A DNA stretch of 63,943 bases, filler included, from Kipferlia bialata (GCA_003568945.1; 3 parts of 3 records of this genome joined end to end with filler, not necessarily neighbours in it), one strand, 5' to 3'. Positions 14,861-28,058 are shown, numbered from the whole stretch's first letter. Made by a program: numbers and translations. Notes: generated by a model from the sequence alone, not told the origin.

Positions 14861-16639
14861 CTCTTACCCTAGGTCACCCCTGCCATGACTGTGGCAGTGC
14901 TCACATCTCGCTTCTCATGCCGCAAGTTCAAGGTACTGTATTGATTGTAGATACATACACCCATAAATACGAAGGCCTAGTATGGGTGCGACCATTACAT
15001 GTGTCTATAATCTCACACATTCCCTGACCCCAGCCCACCCCTCCCCCCCTGGCCCTTCTCAAGGACGTGTGTGCCCTGGCCAGCTGTGCCCCGTCAGGTA
15101 TATATCATAGTATATACATAGTTATATATATACTATGTGAATAGTTTGGGTGTATATGTATATGTGTATATATATATACTACGCTGTGTGTACAATCAAT
15201 GTATATATGGGGGTATATACTAGTGTGTGCCCTGTTCCCATACCCTCCCACCCCTAGGCGCTGCCTGTGACTCCAACCTTTCGCATTGGTATATATATTG
15301 TATCATTATAGTAACCCATCTCACCCTAGGCGCTGCCTGTGACTCCAACCTCTACACCATTGTGTCCTCCCCTGAAGCAGCTGCCAGGATATCTGAGTGG
15401 TCATTCCCACCTCCCCCGCCCATGGATGCACAGAAGGTGTGTATCGGTATATATGCATCGTCTATTTATATACGTCGTCTGTATACATCTGACTCCAGGC
15501 TGCTTGGAAGGCTGCCTGGTTCACTGGCCGCACCCCTGGGTCCACCATCAACGGAGCCCCAGCATGCATCATCATATCCACACCCCCGGTGTGCCAGATA
15601 GGCATGTGCTTTTTGATATGTATGCCTACCCATTCCCTGTGTTCAAACCCTCACCCGCCAGACCCTCTGGTCACAGGCCCTTGGCCCCTACAGGATGCCT
15701 CCCTGGCCAGTGCACACCTGCAGGTATAGGTGGTATATATATTTCACTTAGAATGTATACCCATCTATGTGGGTATATGTATATGAATATATATATACAG
15801 GATCCCTCCCTGGCTAGTGGCCATCTGCAGGTATAGATAGTATTGTGCGGTGTAATATACACATATTGTCATCCCACCCTCAGATTGCTGCCTCTGGTCT
15901 GGGTCTGGCCACCTGTGAGATGTCGAGACACGCCGCATTCAACAAGGTACTCATGAGTGTGAATATATATATTATATCTCTAGAGTAATAGCATGTATAT
16001 GTAGAGGTATGTCGAGACACGCAGCATTCAACAAGGTGGGTGTATTGATGAATAAGGTGTATGGTATATAATTTGAGTCTCTATATGTATAGTCTCTCTG
16101 ACTCTAGGAAATGGCTCTGCGTGCCATGTATGGTATCCCAGAGGACCACACGGTCAGATGCCTCATATCCATCGGGTACTCGGCTGAGAGGTATGCATGT
16201 TCTGTACAGTACGTGGACAATAGTATATACGTTTAGTGTATGTGCAGATTGACCCCATCCACAGAGGCATCCAACAGTCAATGCTAGTATTATATATTTA
16301 TGGACCTTCACTATATATGTACAAATCGAGAGTGTACACATCTATGATGTATATAGCTTCTTATACCAGGCCCATCCAGAGAGACACACAACTGTCAAGG
16401 CCAATAAATTATTCGTACATGTACTACGGTATATGTATATATATTGATATATGTATATATATTGATATATGTATATGTATTGATATATGTATATATATTG
16501 ATACATGTATATATATTGATATATGTGTATATGTAATATGTGTAAATGTATATCATCTTATGTCAGGCCCATCCACCGAGGAGTGCAGCGCCACCCGCCC
16601 CACCTCAACATAGTGACAGCAGTGCCAGAGCAGGAGTAG
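14602..16639 (+). CDS. Nitroreductase-family (FMN-dependent) domain, multi-exon
   Basis: Spliced exons: VAVLTSRFSCRKFK (RxSxRxF motif, 14873-14932), PPPLALLKDVCALASCAPS/G (APS motif), APACIII, QDASLASAHLQ/IAASGLGLATCEM (A-x-x-LGLGxC motif), ALRAMYGIPEDHTVRCLISIGY (GIPExxx...IGY), then stop TAG at 16637-16639. Confidence 0.85.
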
Positions 16640-16643
16640 TAGG

Positions 16644-16676
<33 letters not shown>

Positions 16677-17058
16677 ATGTGCTGAGGACTGAACCTGTCT
16701 CCTAGCTACTCATTGTACTTCCAACCACATCAGAGTTATGCTATTGTAGGTAGTATCGATACCAAGACCAATAGACATCTGTATGTCAATTCAATCAGTA
16801 GGAGAACGGTGTTCATGTGTCTATAACCCTGAAATGGACATCAAATCTATCCATCTATTCTATGTACTGTACTATATACTGTACTATCTATCCCCCTGTC
16901 ATCCCAGCAATCTAGGAGACTGTTATCCTAACTATCCTAAGACATGATAACAATCGAGTACTGCTGAAGACTGGCAGGCACACTAACTACTACTAACTAC
17001 ACCTAAACGCCTCCCATACCCCCTCGATACTTCTAAACTCCGTCCACCCCCACAAGCC

Positions 17059-17718
17059 TCACTTTGCGCTGGCCTCTGCGACTAGGGATGCGTACTGGAG
17101 TGTGTTGACTGTCTTCTTGAGATACTCTGCTGAGGGAGAGACGTTGGACACCATGACAGTCTGGGCGTCCTTGTCCTGAAATAAGGGTGCAGAGTGAGAG
17201 AAAAAGGGTGTAGAGGTAGAGAGGGAGTATTGCTTGACATATACAGTAGGATGTCTCACCTCGAGGTACTCCCTGAGTATCTGGGTCAGCATCCATAGTC
17301 ATATTAGCACTAATAGCACAGTTAGACATATGAAGTGTAATGTCTCATACTGCTCGGTCTCACCTCGAGGTACTCCCTGAGTATCTGGGTCAGCCTGCTG
17401 TTGCGGTAGGGCACGTGGCTGGCCCCACTGGGGGTGAGACATGGACTGGTACAGGACTAGACTCACTATAGCCTGGTTGTAGGTGATACCCTACTTCTCA
17501 TAGTCTCACCTGTGTCTCCTGCGTATGCACTCCTTGAGAGCCAGCAGGGTCTTGTTGATCTCCTGACCCTCCTTCCTCTGTTGGGGGGTGAGCTGGGGGT
17601 AAGCGATGTGTAGAGATAGGGGACTAAGATATACAGAACCAGTCAGTTGTTAAAAGTGAGCTAGGGGTGAGCCATAGGTGTATAGAGTGGTATGAAATCT
17701 GACGTCCCGATAAACCTG

Positions 17719-17760
<42 letters not shown>

Positions 17761-20358
17761 CATGTAAGTGTCTTGATACCTGTCTGTCAGCTGTTGCCCC
17801 ATACTCAGCCCCGGCCAGGTCACACAGCAACAGGGTACCACCCACACTGCATCCAGCGGCACGGGACTCCTGGGGTCAGATACCATACACTGTACATAGT
17901 TTATATACATTATACCACATATGTACTACACCCAGCGGCACGAGACTCCTGGGGTCAGATACCATACAGCATATACACGCAATTATGCAGTACCACGGGA
18001 CAAATGCATTCCCACCTTGATGAGAGCTGCCTCCTGCTCCAGAAGAGAGAGAGAGAGTGATTCGATGTTGATGTCATATACATGATGGGAGGCCCTTACT
18101 ATACATAGACCCACCTTGATGAGAGCTGCCTCCTGCTCCAGTAGGGCCTCCAGCTTGACATCCTCGGCCTGGCGGATGGCCTGTAGTAAGGGAAGGTGAT
18201 ACAAATACCAGAATATGGTGTATGTAGCAATATAGATATAAGTATTCTTTGCATCTGGTACACATATACTTACCAGCAGGTTGTTGATGATGGTATATAT
18301 ATATATATATATAAATAGAGAGAGAGAGAGAGAGAGGGGTACTCCCCCACTGGGCACATACCAGCAGGTTGTTGATGATGGTCTGGTCGCACTTGGGCAC
18401 CTCATGCAGGGGGATCTTGTACCACTGGGGGGTTAGGTATATGTATATAGAGAGAGAGACAGAGACCTTGTACACATTGTCCTCCATGTCCTACATGTAT
18501 GTGAATGTGTAAATGTGTATATGTACTGTGTATGCATACTCACGTTGCCCTCCTCGTCCTGCTGCCACATACTGGCAATGGCATCCTCCACCTCTGCGAT
18601 GGCCTTGGCGGCATGCACACGGCCTGGGAGTTAGGAATATATATATATGGATAGATATATATATATTTCATGATGGTATAATAATATATATTCAATGTAT
18701 ATTTAATAAGTATACATGTGTGTGTACAACTATGTACATGTCAGAGGACCCCCCACCTGTCCTGACCACCTCCCCCTCCTGTCTCATGATGGTCTCTCGC
18801 AGGGCAACCAACTCCTTGCTCACAATCTGAAGGTCAGTATGACTACTAATGAATACTGCCAAATAGCCCCGATGTTCATGTGGTGTTCTACTAAAAATTC
18901 TGTGTATAGAATTACCAAAATTAAATATATCAGGTAGAACAGGGCGTGCGAACTGGAGGTATGTATGTGGTCATATACAATGGAATATAGCACTATATAA
19001 ACGGACAAAAACAATACCATTCCCATTCCTCCAGGTAGAGCAGGCCCATCACTTAATGACTCGTCATGAAGTTATATGTGAATACATAGAGTATATATAG
19101 AGAATAACCATAATTCAATACCTCCAGGTAGAGCAGGGCGTGTATTGTCTTAACTATATGTAGAAATAGTATACATGATGTATGGTATACATATATATAT
19201 ATATAGTAATCCCACCTCCAGGTAGAGCAGTGCGTGTGACCTGCTCGACTCATCGTGTGTCTCTGAAGAACCAACCTTCCTGACACTCATGCCCAGAGAG
19301 ACGATGGCATCGAGGCCTGGGGTGGGACATATACCTAGTGGTGGTATATATATATATATACACTCCTAAAATATGGGACACGATGGCATCAAGTTCTGGG
19401 GTGGGAGAAGCATATATATAGTGGTGGACAAATATTTATGTATATATATGTGTATTTATCATACAATATGGGAGACAATGGCATCAAGACCTGGAATGGG
19501 ACACATACATTATTACGATTATATATCATATACAAATATCAAAACCATAAAGAGTCCACAATGGCGTCAAGGCCTGGGAGGTGGTATTAACAGTAAACGA
19601 ACCCACCCACCCTACGGTGTGTCTGTGTGCAGTGTCTTCAATATAAGTATATAATATACATAGTAGATATACAGTAGATATATATGACTTGTACGTTAAT
19701 AAGCAGAGTCACCACCCCGCGTGCGCGTCTGTGTGTACACTATCCATACATATACAACAAGACACCCACCCTCCTGCGTGTCTGTGTGGAGTGTCTTGAG
19801 GGGGTTGACCGTGACACCCCCGTCCTCATGGGTCACAGTGTCGGCACGCACATAGGTCTGGGGGGTGAGACTAATTCAGTATGGTATAGTGTACCCAATA
19901 TAGTACAGTACACCGATACTGATACTGGTAGTCATAGTGATATACAGTGATACGATTCACGGGGTCAGTACGCTCATAGGTCTGGGGGGTGAGAGAGAGG
20001 GACAGCGTTACTATATTACTCCGATATTGAGAGTCCAAGGTCATGCGGAAGAGGTTGACCACCATGTATAGATCCCCTAAATTGACTAGAACACCCTATA
20101 ACGACCTTCCCGTCCTCCCCTGTTGATACACATCCACTCATATACATATATGTATGAATACATATATATACCCACCTTCCCATCCTCGCCCTGTCTAGTA
20201 TAGTCGGAATTTTACAGTATAGGATTGATATACATCCAGTATAGTACTTATAGTATTTCTATATATATATATTTATGTGTGTGTATGTATACACCCACCT
20301 TGCCGTCCTCGCCCTGTCTGACCGAGCAGAGGTGCCTGTCGTCCAGAAGGTCATAGAC
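17059..20358 (-). CDS. Kinesin motor domain, C-terminal half (kinesin-13-like), 5' part missing
   Basis: Exons: VYDLLDDRHLCSVRQGEDGK, RKVGSSETHDESSRSHALLYLE (switch I), GGTLLLCDLAGAEY (switch II variant), KEGQEINKTLLALKECIR, HVPYRNSRLTQILREYLE, QTVMVSNVSPSAEYLKKTVNTLQYASLVAEASAK*. The LLALKECIR motif is typical of kinesin-13. No P-loop exon is found before the G-run at 20508. Confidence 0.9.
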
Positions 20359-20542
20359 CTGAGGGTTAGTATGACACACACACACACATATATATACAAT
20401 ATTATACATATATCAAATATGTATACACGTCAATATATACATATGTCATCCAGAAATTCATAGACCTGGCAAGCAGAAATCTTTTAGATACAGATATATG
20501 TGTGTGTGGGGGGGGGGGGGGGAAAGTTGGGGGGTTTATATC

Positions 20543-21619
20543 CCATCACGACGATGCCATCAACCGTATGAGGCGTGGACAGCAGATCAAGCAGGACAAG
20601 ACAGAGGCCTACAAGGCATTGGGTGGGTGGAGGTGTCATGTTACACCCAAATATGTAAGCCCTCTCCCCCCTCTCCCCCTTGACCCCCAGGTGCCATCAA
20701 GCAGAAGGGAGGCGTCTCCTCCCCATCCACTGTGGACCCCTTCTCCTTTGCCACAGAGAAGAGAGCAGAGGTACCACACGAGTGTCTATTCATACTTATT
20801 ACATTATTATTGTACTCATTGTTAATGTGTATTCATTTATTCTTTATAGTTGTTTCGTATTCATAAACGGGTATGCCACCTCTGTCTCCCATGCCTGTCC
20901 CTGACCCCTAGGAGAGACAGCAGAGGCACCCCGTGCTGTGTCTCGAGGTGGCCCTGGGCAATGGCAGGGTGGGTCTGCTAGGCCTGCACAGGGGGGACGA
21001 TCCAGCCGCCGTGGTGTCCCAGTTCAGTGATCTGTACAGCCTCGGGGTCAGGGACAGAGACACCCTGCTGCAGGTGCTGCTGCAGAAGATCGAGACCCAC
21101 GTGCCGGACCACGTTGTGAATGTGAGTGGGGCTACTAGGACAGGGCACTCCACCAGACAGATGAGACAGAGCAGGGGCACACCCAAGGCTGAGGCAGAGA
21201 GGGAGAGGAGGAGAGAGAGGGCTGCCGAGGAGGCCGAGGAGGCTGAGAGGGATGCCGAGAGGGATGCCGAGAGAGCAGAGGAGGAGGACCGTGAGGTTGT
21301 GACCCCCAGACACCCTGACCCCACCCCCATGCCCCACCACACAGAGGTGGCACTGGGACAGGGGGAGAGGGAGGAGGGGGTGAGCCCAACCGCCAGGCCC
21401 CACGCCTATGCCAGTGGCCCCTCTGTGGATGACCTCGAGAGACAGGTCGAGGAGTCCATCTCCCACCTGCTGCAGAGGAGGTCGTCCCCTTCCCTACCCG
21501 CCGAGGCCACTCTGCAGGGAGAGGCAGAGGCAGATGCAGAGAGAGAGGGAGCCTGGTCCCGTCTGATGGATGAGGGCGAGAGAGACGTAGGCTCCACCAT
21601 GGATCTCCCTCTGGACTAA
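20543..21619 (+). CDS. Hypothetical protein, 3 visible exons, probably 5'-truncated
   Basis: Phase-consistent exons: HHDDAINRMRRGQQIKQDKTEAYKAL/GAIKQKGGVSSPSTVDPFSFATEKRAE/ERQQRHPVLCLEVALGNGRVGLLGLHRGDDPAAVVSQFSDLYSL..., followed by a charged tail. Stop at 21619 (ORF 20933..21619). Confidence 0.7.
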
Positions 21620-22034
21620 GAGTGACAGGGGCCGCGGGTGCATGGTATGTGGGCAGAAGGGTATGCAGCTTGTGTAGGAAAGTAGGATAGTCGCAATATG
21701 TGTGTATGATGTGTAATTGCGTTGTGGTTTGCGACATCATGTTTTGTACGAATAGATCGAGTATTATTGGAAGTCAATACTAGTTCAAGTGACGATAGTC
21801 TATTACTAATGTAATTCGACACTGCTATAACAGTCTGGCTATTGAAGCACATTAGTGGTAATGTGTTTGGATAAGAGAAGTGGTTGGTGGGAATGGTATA
21901 ATGGGAGGTATAGAGCAAAGAGTGTGGGCCATGCCTTGGGACACACTCTGACACTGCGGGGTAGATAGGCTATGACGAATCCTGCTAGAGTATTTCGTCT
22001 TAACAGTTAACGAAGAGGCACCGGGTCATGGGGC

Positions 22035-25000
22035 CTACAGTGACCCATGCACCAGCCCCGAGTGCAGCTCCTGGCAGGCCCCCACCACAGCAGTGAGGGC
22101 ATGGGTCTGGCCTCTGTCCACAGACTGGGTGGCACCCTCAGCTGTATAGGCCATGAGCTGGCACCCCTCCCCCTCCACACTCACCCACACCTCCCCCTGT
22201 GCCTGGGCCACTCGCCACTCGCCATCTCCCTCTCCCTTTGTCTTTCGGGTGTCACCCGTATCCTCCACATCCTGTCCCACCCATGTCCCCCCCTGCTTAG
22301 TCCCCACACTAATGTCCTGGGCTACTGGCGCAGGTGACCCTAGACCCATGGGGGCAGTCAGGGGCACAGACCTGGGGTGGGGTAGGGGTAGGCTATCAGG
22401 GTATAGTAGTGGGAGAGACAATTGGTGATATATATATATAAATATATACACACTACACCGACCTAGCGTATGTAGTCACTGTCTCCTGCCGCCTTCTCCT
22501 GCCGTGTCCCTCTCTGGCAGAGGCCAGTACCGCACTACCGATCCCTGATGCCGCCCTACCCTTGTACACGCTACCCCACACAGCCCCCTTGAGGGGCCCT
22601 AGCCTGTCCTTCCTCTGGGCACTCCCACTCCTATTCCTGTGGGAGTGGCTGGCGAATGTGATGGTCTCGACCAGCTCACAGGACACGGGGGCAGGGGGGA
22701 CGCAGAAGAAGGGGCATACGTTGGGGTAGCTCTCCCGCAGGGTGTCTCTCAAGGAGTTAAGGGCCATACGTAGTCTCTCACTCTCGAGTAGCAGAAGGAT
22801 CTCGACCAGGCCGTCCTCATCAACGGCCAGAGAGGGAGGGGGGGAGGGAGGGGGGGTCAGGGCATCTGCTGACTCCTCGGTCTCTGGGAGAGCGATATTG
22901 TCCACATCTTCCGGGCCGTCTCCTACCGTCCCCTTATCTTCCCCATCTTCCTGCCCTTGTGATGCTATGGCACCCTTGCCATCAATAGTGTCATCACCCT
23001 TGTCACCAGTATCTCTCTCCCCCTCCCCCCCCCTCCCCTTGCCCTTGATGGGTTGGCACAGCAGCAGAAGGGCGGCCTGGGTGTCGAAGTCCGTGTCAGG
23101 CGATGGGTTGACGCATATCAGCATACACTCCTCGTGTCTCAGCACCCGTCTCAGCTGCCCATCCCCAGGGGGGGTCACACTGCCCCCCTCCCCCTCACCA
23201 CCAGAGGTTTGGACAGACCCTCCCATAGGCGCCCTTGGCCCACCAACCTGCCCGTCCCTCCCACCGACCTCTGCGTACACAGGTCTCCAGCACACCAGGG
23301 CCCGGTTGCCTCTGTTGGTAAGGGTATAATGCATGTGAAAGATGTAACTATATATATCCTCGTGTGTCACCAGCATTGTTCACACAATATCCGCGTCACA
23401 CCTTGTGTTGCTGCCCACCAACAGACAGAGCTGAGCCACGTGGGGGGGCATGTTGGACGACACCACACGGCCCCGATACACAACAGCGGCTTGCACCTGG
23501 GGTGAGGGATGGTGATGGGCCATTATACTCTATCACGTCACACCAATCCCGTCACAATTAGTGGGACGAAGAGTCTTGATTCAAAACTGACCTTGAGTCT
23601 AGAGCTGAGGCCTGACACATGACGCAGCAGGGCATCGGCCTGGAGGGTGAGAGAGAGAGAGTGTGTCAGATAGAGGGGGAGATGTCTGCCATATGCATAC
23701 AATTATACATATTCATACATATATATTGTTATATCACATATACCACGTCTACCCACCTGCAGGAATGGGTATGATGATGCCCCTGTTCTGAGGTAGGGGG
23801 TGGACCGGATGGCCAGAGCCCTCCCGCTGTTGTCGAGTAGGTACTTATCCACGAGGGGGACAACCTCGCCTGCAGGGTGAGAGGTGAGTCATCTGGAAAC
23901 ATACATATGTATGTATGATGACCGACTGAGTAACACAACTATGCCTATGGCACCACCCACCCGATATGCTCTTGTAGCACTTGTGGGCCTCCTCCAGACC
24001 CTCATCACTCAGACCCAGCCTGGCACGGAGATGCAGGTCGGAGCCTGGGGTGAGCAAGGGGGGGGGGAGTAAGAGAGAGGATACGGGTCAATCGCCAGGG
24101 GGATGTGGCACTCTACATATGTTCCACCCTGCATATCCCATGCTACTCCAACCCCAGCATGATGCCCCACCTACCAGGAACCTGACGGCCATCACGACTA
24201 GACCGGTCAGGGCTTGTGCCTCCTGTCTAGACACAGTGCCACCCCCCTGGGCAGAGGTGTGCCTCACAAACAGATACCCCAGCCTGCCGTCCTGAGGGTA
24301 AGGGAAGCAGGGCATTAGTGGGTGGAAGTAGCATATGAGCAACTGCATCCTGTGCCGTACACTCTGCTACGCTGTAAGCATCAACACCATTAGCCCCCAT
24401 TCCCTCTGTACCCCCACCACATCGTGTGGAACAGACCCACACTGACTATATATCCACATACCTCTGCCCCAAACACAGACACCGGCCTCCCCCTGAGGGT
24501 GGCCCTGACCAGCACCACTTGCTCCTGGGGGTGGGGCATGGAAGACATAGAAGGTAGAGACACAGGGTATGTACGTTTTTACACTCATTATGTAAGCATA
24601 CAGAAACAAACATGAATACCTTGTCGAAAGGGGTGCAATCCTCAAGGCCCGACACATCTCTGAGGATGAGGATACAGAAAGTCTAACAAATATACACCCA
24701 AGTCAATGTCGGTTCAGGATCCAATGAGAACTAAATAGTTAGGTATGGGTGATACATCAACAAGTGGGGCACCTGGACACCCTGAGCAGAGCACTCAGCC
24801 TCTTGAGGATGAGGGAGGGGTGGTCGAGGGGGTCTGCCCCTGAGGGAGGGCGGTGTCTGGCCATGTCCACAGCCACAGGGTCAGACATGTCGCTGGGTGA
24901 GACAAGCGGGGGGGGGGGGGGGGGGGGGGGGGAGGGGGAGGGATACCTGGGGGTGAGATACAGGGGACATACATATACATATACATATGACATCGCCCGG

Positions 25001-25039
25001 AAGGGTGGAGGGGGGCATGCGGTATCTGGAGGTGAGAGC

Positions 25040-25071
<32 letters not shown>

Positions 25072-25633
25072 AAGAGGAAGGAACCACTGCATCTGCCCTA
25101 CCTCAGCAGCTGGTGCGTCACACTCAACAGGAAGTACCCGTCCTGGGGTCAGAGAAGGGGAGAGGAATTGAGATACAACCAGAAGGATATATATTCATCA
25201 TTGGGGCGGTACTGAGTGGGACTGGACACAGTAACACATGTATAATTATGTACATATGTATAGCACACACCTGGTGCAGTGGAGGTGCCATGTATGGGAG
25301 GGATGTGGGGTGTGGTGTGCTCTCCCCTGCACCAAAGAAGGTGAGCAGTCTGAGGCCACCCTCTCTGATAGAGGGAGCATCACTGAGGAGCTGGGGTGAG
25401 AAAATGACATACTTTTGCATATCTGAAGAGAGAGTGTGTGTGGGTGTGTGTGAAGCCACTCTCTCTGATAGAAGGGGTATCACTAAGGAACAACAGTTAG
25501 CGACCAGAGTATATGGATATGAAACTGCATCGAAACACAGAGGGAGAGAGAGTACCTGCCCCATTGACACCATCAGGCGCCAGTATCAATTATTAATAAT
25601 ATCAGAGACAAGGGTATGTGAATACATATATGA

Positions 25634-25668
<35 letters not shown>

Positions 25669-25767
25669 CATATATATATATATACATTCATACTACCTGC
25701 CCCATTGACACCATGAGGTATCTCAGTGAGTGAAGCATCACATTCTCAGTCACACTCCGGTCAAGGC
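22035..25767 (-). CDS. Hypothetical multi-exon protein, 5' end lost in the gap
   Basis: GC-rich exons with canonical GT/AG, for example GLDRSVTENVMLHSLRYLMVSMGQ, LLSDAPSIREGGLRLLTFF, DGRLGYLFVRHTS, VQAAVVYRGRVVSSNMPPHVAQL. There is a long exon at ~22475-23310 and a last exon ending LVHGSL* at 22035. Confidence 0.7.
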
Positions 25768-25833
25768 CTGGGTATGAGTGATATACACACACACATATAC
25801 ATATATATATATATAGAGAGAGAGAGAGAGGGA

Positions 25834-25933
25834 NNNNNNNNNNNNNNNNNNNNNNNNNNNNNNNNNNNNNNNNNNNNTTAATTAATTAANNNNNNNNNNN
25901 NNNNNNNNNNNNNNNNNNNNNNNNNNNNNNNNN
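25834..25933. other. Assembly gap containing artificial TTAATTAATTAA linker (25878-25889)
   Basis: 44 N + TTAATTAATTAA + 44 N. The linker has stops in all six frames, which is a standard contig-joining spacer. Confidence 0.95.
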
Positions 25934-28058
25934 GCTTGCAAAGGTCTGAAGGCCACTTCTTCCCAGATGGTGGAAGGTATAGAACCATTGCGCACTTCTC
26001 TGGAACTGTACAAATTGGTGGTGGTGCCAGATCTCGGTAGCGGTGGTTGCAGAGGTATTCTTGTCTGACAGACTCCAGGTCGGGGCCCGACAGTACCCGA
26101 TGCCTAGACTGGATGCGCTGTGTAGCACGTCCCTGGTGCAAACACTTCGAAAGTGCTGCAGTGGCCTAAGGTTAGCACTGTACTGATCTTCGCAGACACA
26201 TATTCGCTCAGAGACAGAGTCAGAGTTCTATAAACATCGTAGATAATAGAATTGTCCAATACACAAAGGAGACAGGTGCTCATTGAGACAACCCCTCCCT
26301 ACCTGAACATAATCGGCCATGGTTTGCACGTTCTCCATTCCTGACTTTGTCTTTCCATACCTGTGGTATTAGCAGAGGCTTTCAATATTTTCATATATAT
26401 ATATACATTTCGGAAGGCAAGTCTAAATTGTCACTGAGGGTATGGAAAACCACATGTGTTATGCATACCTCTGGACACAATCGGGAATGTTGAATTCCTC
26501 TAGACGTGGATAGAGCTCGGCTGAGGTAGGACATTAAGATACAGTAGCAGAGAAGTCTAAAAGAGACACTGACGTACGTTCTGCCAATAGGGCCTCTAGT
26601 ATACCCATGATGACTCCCGGCGTCTCTCTGCTGTCCATGTGTAGGTTCATAGCAGCCAAGAGGGTACGCAGATTGACAGGCTCCATGAGAAACTCTACAA
26701 CAGTTGGCACCAAGTGGTCCTCATCGTCCACTGACTCTAAGGTAAGAGAATAGTATACATGAGGCTGGATAGCACGTATGATTGTATAGTCACCACCAGG
26801 AAGGTAAATGACATTGGACTACCCAAGTGCCACTCATACAGCTACGTACCATACATCATCCTGCGCACCAATGTGCCAGTACCGGTCACGATCCCATCAT
26901 CCTTTGTGTCAGATACTCTACTGACTGATACGCAATCCAGTAATAACCCTCTTGCCTGTATGTGTCTTGACATCGCCTCCAGTGCCCACACGTGACACCC
27001 ACTGGAGACAAGAGGGGGACGTGTAGATGCTGATACATGAGACAGCATGAGGCATGTATGATTATCAATAGCCCACGGGTTAGAGTAGCGCGTGTAGTAA
27101 ACAGACAGAGTACCACAAAAATAGATTTCTACCTGACTCGGCGATGTGTGCCAGAGTAAGAAAAACTGGGTTGACTACCAGCCGTTCAGAGGGGTGTGCA
27201 TCCAATGCAGTCCGAGAGGCAGGAATTACACCACTGTCTACAAACAACTGGCGGATGTCTTCACCCGCTCCTGAAGTATAAGATAGCAGAAGCGCTTCAC
27301 CAATATGATTGGTTGAAGCCAGTTACCTTGGCCAATTTTCCCCAGGAGCAACATCACCACCTCGCAGATAGAGCCAGAGCATATGTAGGTGGACAGAGCT
27401 GTCAAGGCAAGAGTTAGGACACTAAGAGAGATGCCCTTTTCAATGAGGTCTGGTATGAGTGGGATATAGGGACTACTACTTTACAGCGCAGGAAGATACA
27501 TCTCTCCCACCTATTCCTGAGAGGACTATATGCAAGCGCCGAAGCATTTGGCAAAGAGTGCTGTTGTCTCCCATGTGGGCCTTGATATACCCAAGTAAGG
27601 TCTGAATCACACTCTCCGGGAATGTCCAGGGTAGGTCAGACTTCACTGGTGTGAGTGGGGGAGGTGGTGACAGACACAGAAATAACTATGTCCGATATAC
27701 TGAAGAGATACTCACCCCTCTCACTGTGGGCTTTGACAGAAAGGCACAGTTTAAACGCATGATTCATGTAAGCAAAGGATGTGGCACCCTTGCGATTCAA
27801 CACAGTCAACACCAGGTCACGGACAGCAGGAGTACACAGAGCGGAGAGACAGGACTCTGGGGGGAGACATAGTGGAAGGTGACAACAATTCAGTGAAAAT
27901 TCAGCCTCACATGTCTCAGCTAGACTACTAAGAATAGTCATGGCATGGTTCTCAACGGCTTGGCTTGGGTATGTCTGTGCTGTCGCAAGGACAACAGGAA
28001 TGAGACCACTCTCCACTAGAGCCATGTGGGTATAATCATCTGGAGTCAGAGAGTATAC
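25934..28058 (-). CDS. Hypothetical alpha-helical (ARM/HEAT-like) protein, truncated at both ends
   Basis: Exons MALVESGLIPVVLATAQTYPSQAVENHAMTILSSLAE... (ORF 27636..28025) and DHLVPTVVEFLMEPVNLRTLLAAMNLHMDSRETPGVIMGILEALLAE resemble armadillo-type helices. The reading frame runs into the gap. Confidence 0.55.

Noticed and set aside
10374..20358. The kinesin-like N-half (+) and the kinesin C-half (-) as two parts of one split motor
   Set aside because: Both contain the same element (VRDVLS versus VYDLL), so they overlap instead of complementing each other. They also lie on opposite strands, and the N-half lacks a P-loop.
24907..24932. Poly-G run as another gene break
   Set aside because: It lies within an open minus-strand exon and simply encodes poly-proline.
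25878..25889. TTAATTAATTAA palindrome (also 51687-51698) as a biological site
   Set aside because: It is centred in exactly 44N+44N and has six-frame stops, so it is an artificial contig linker. Adjacency across these gaps is not reliable.
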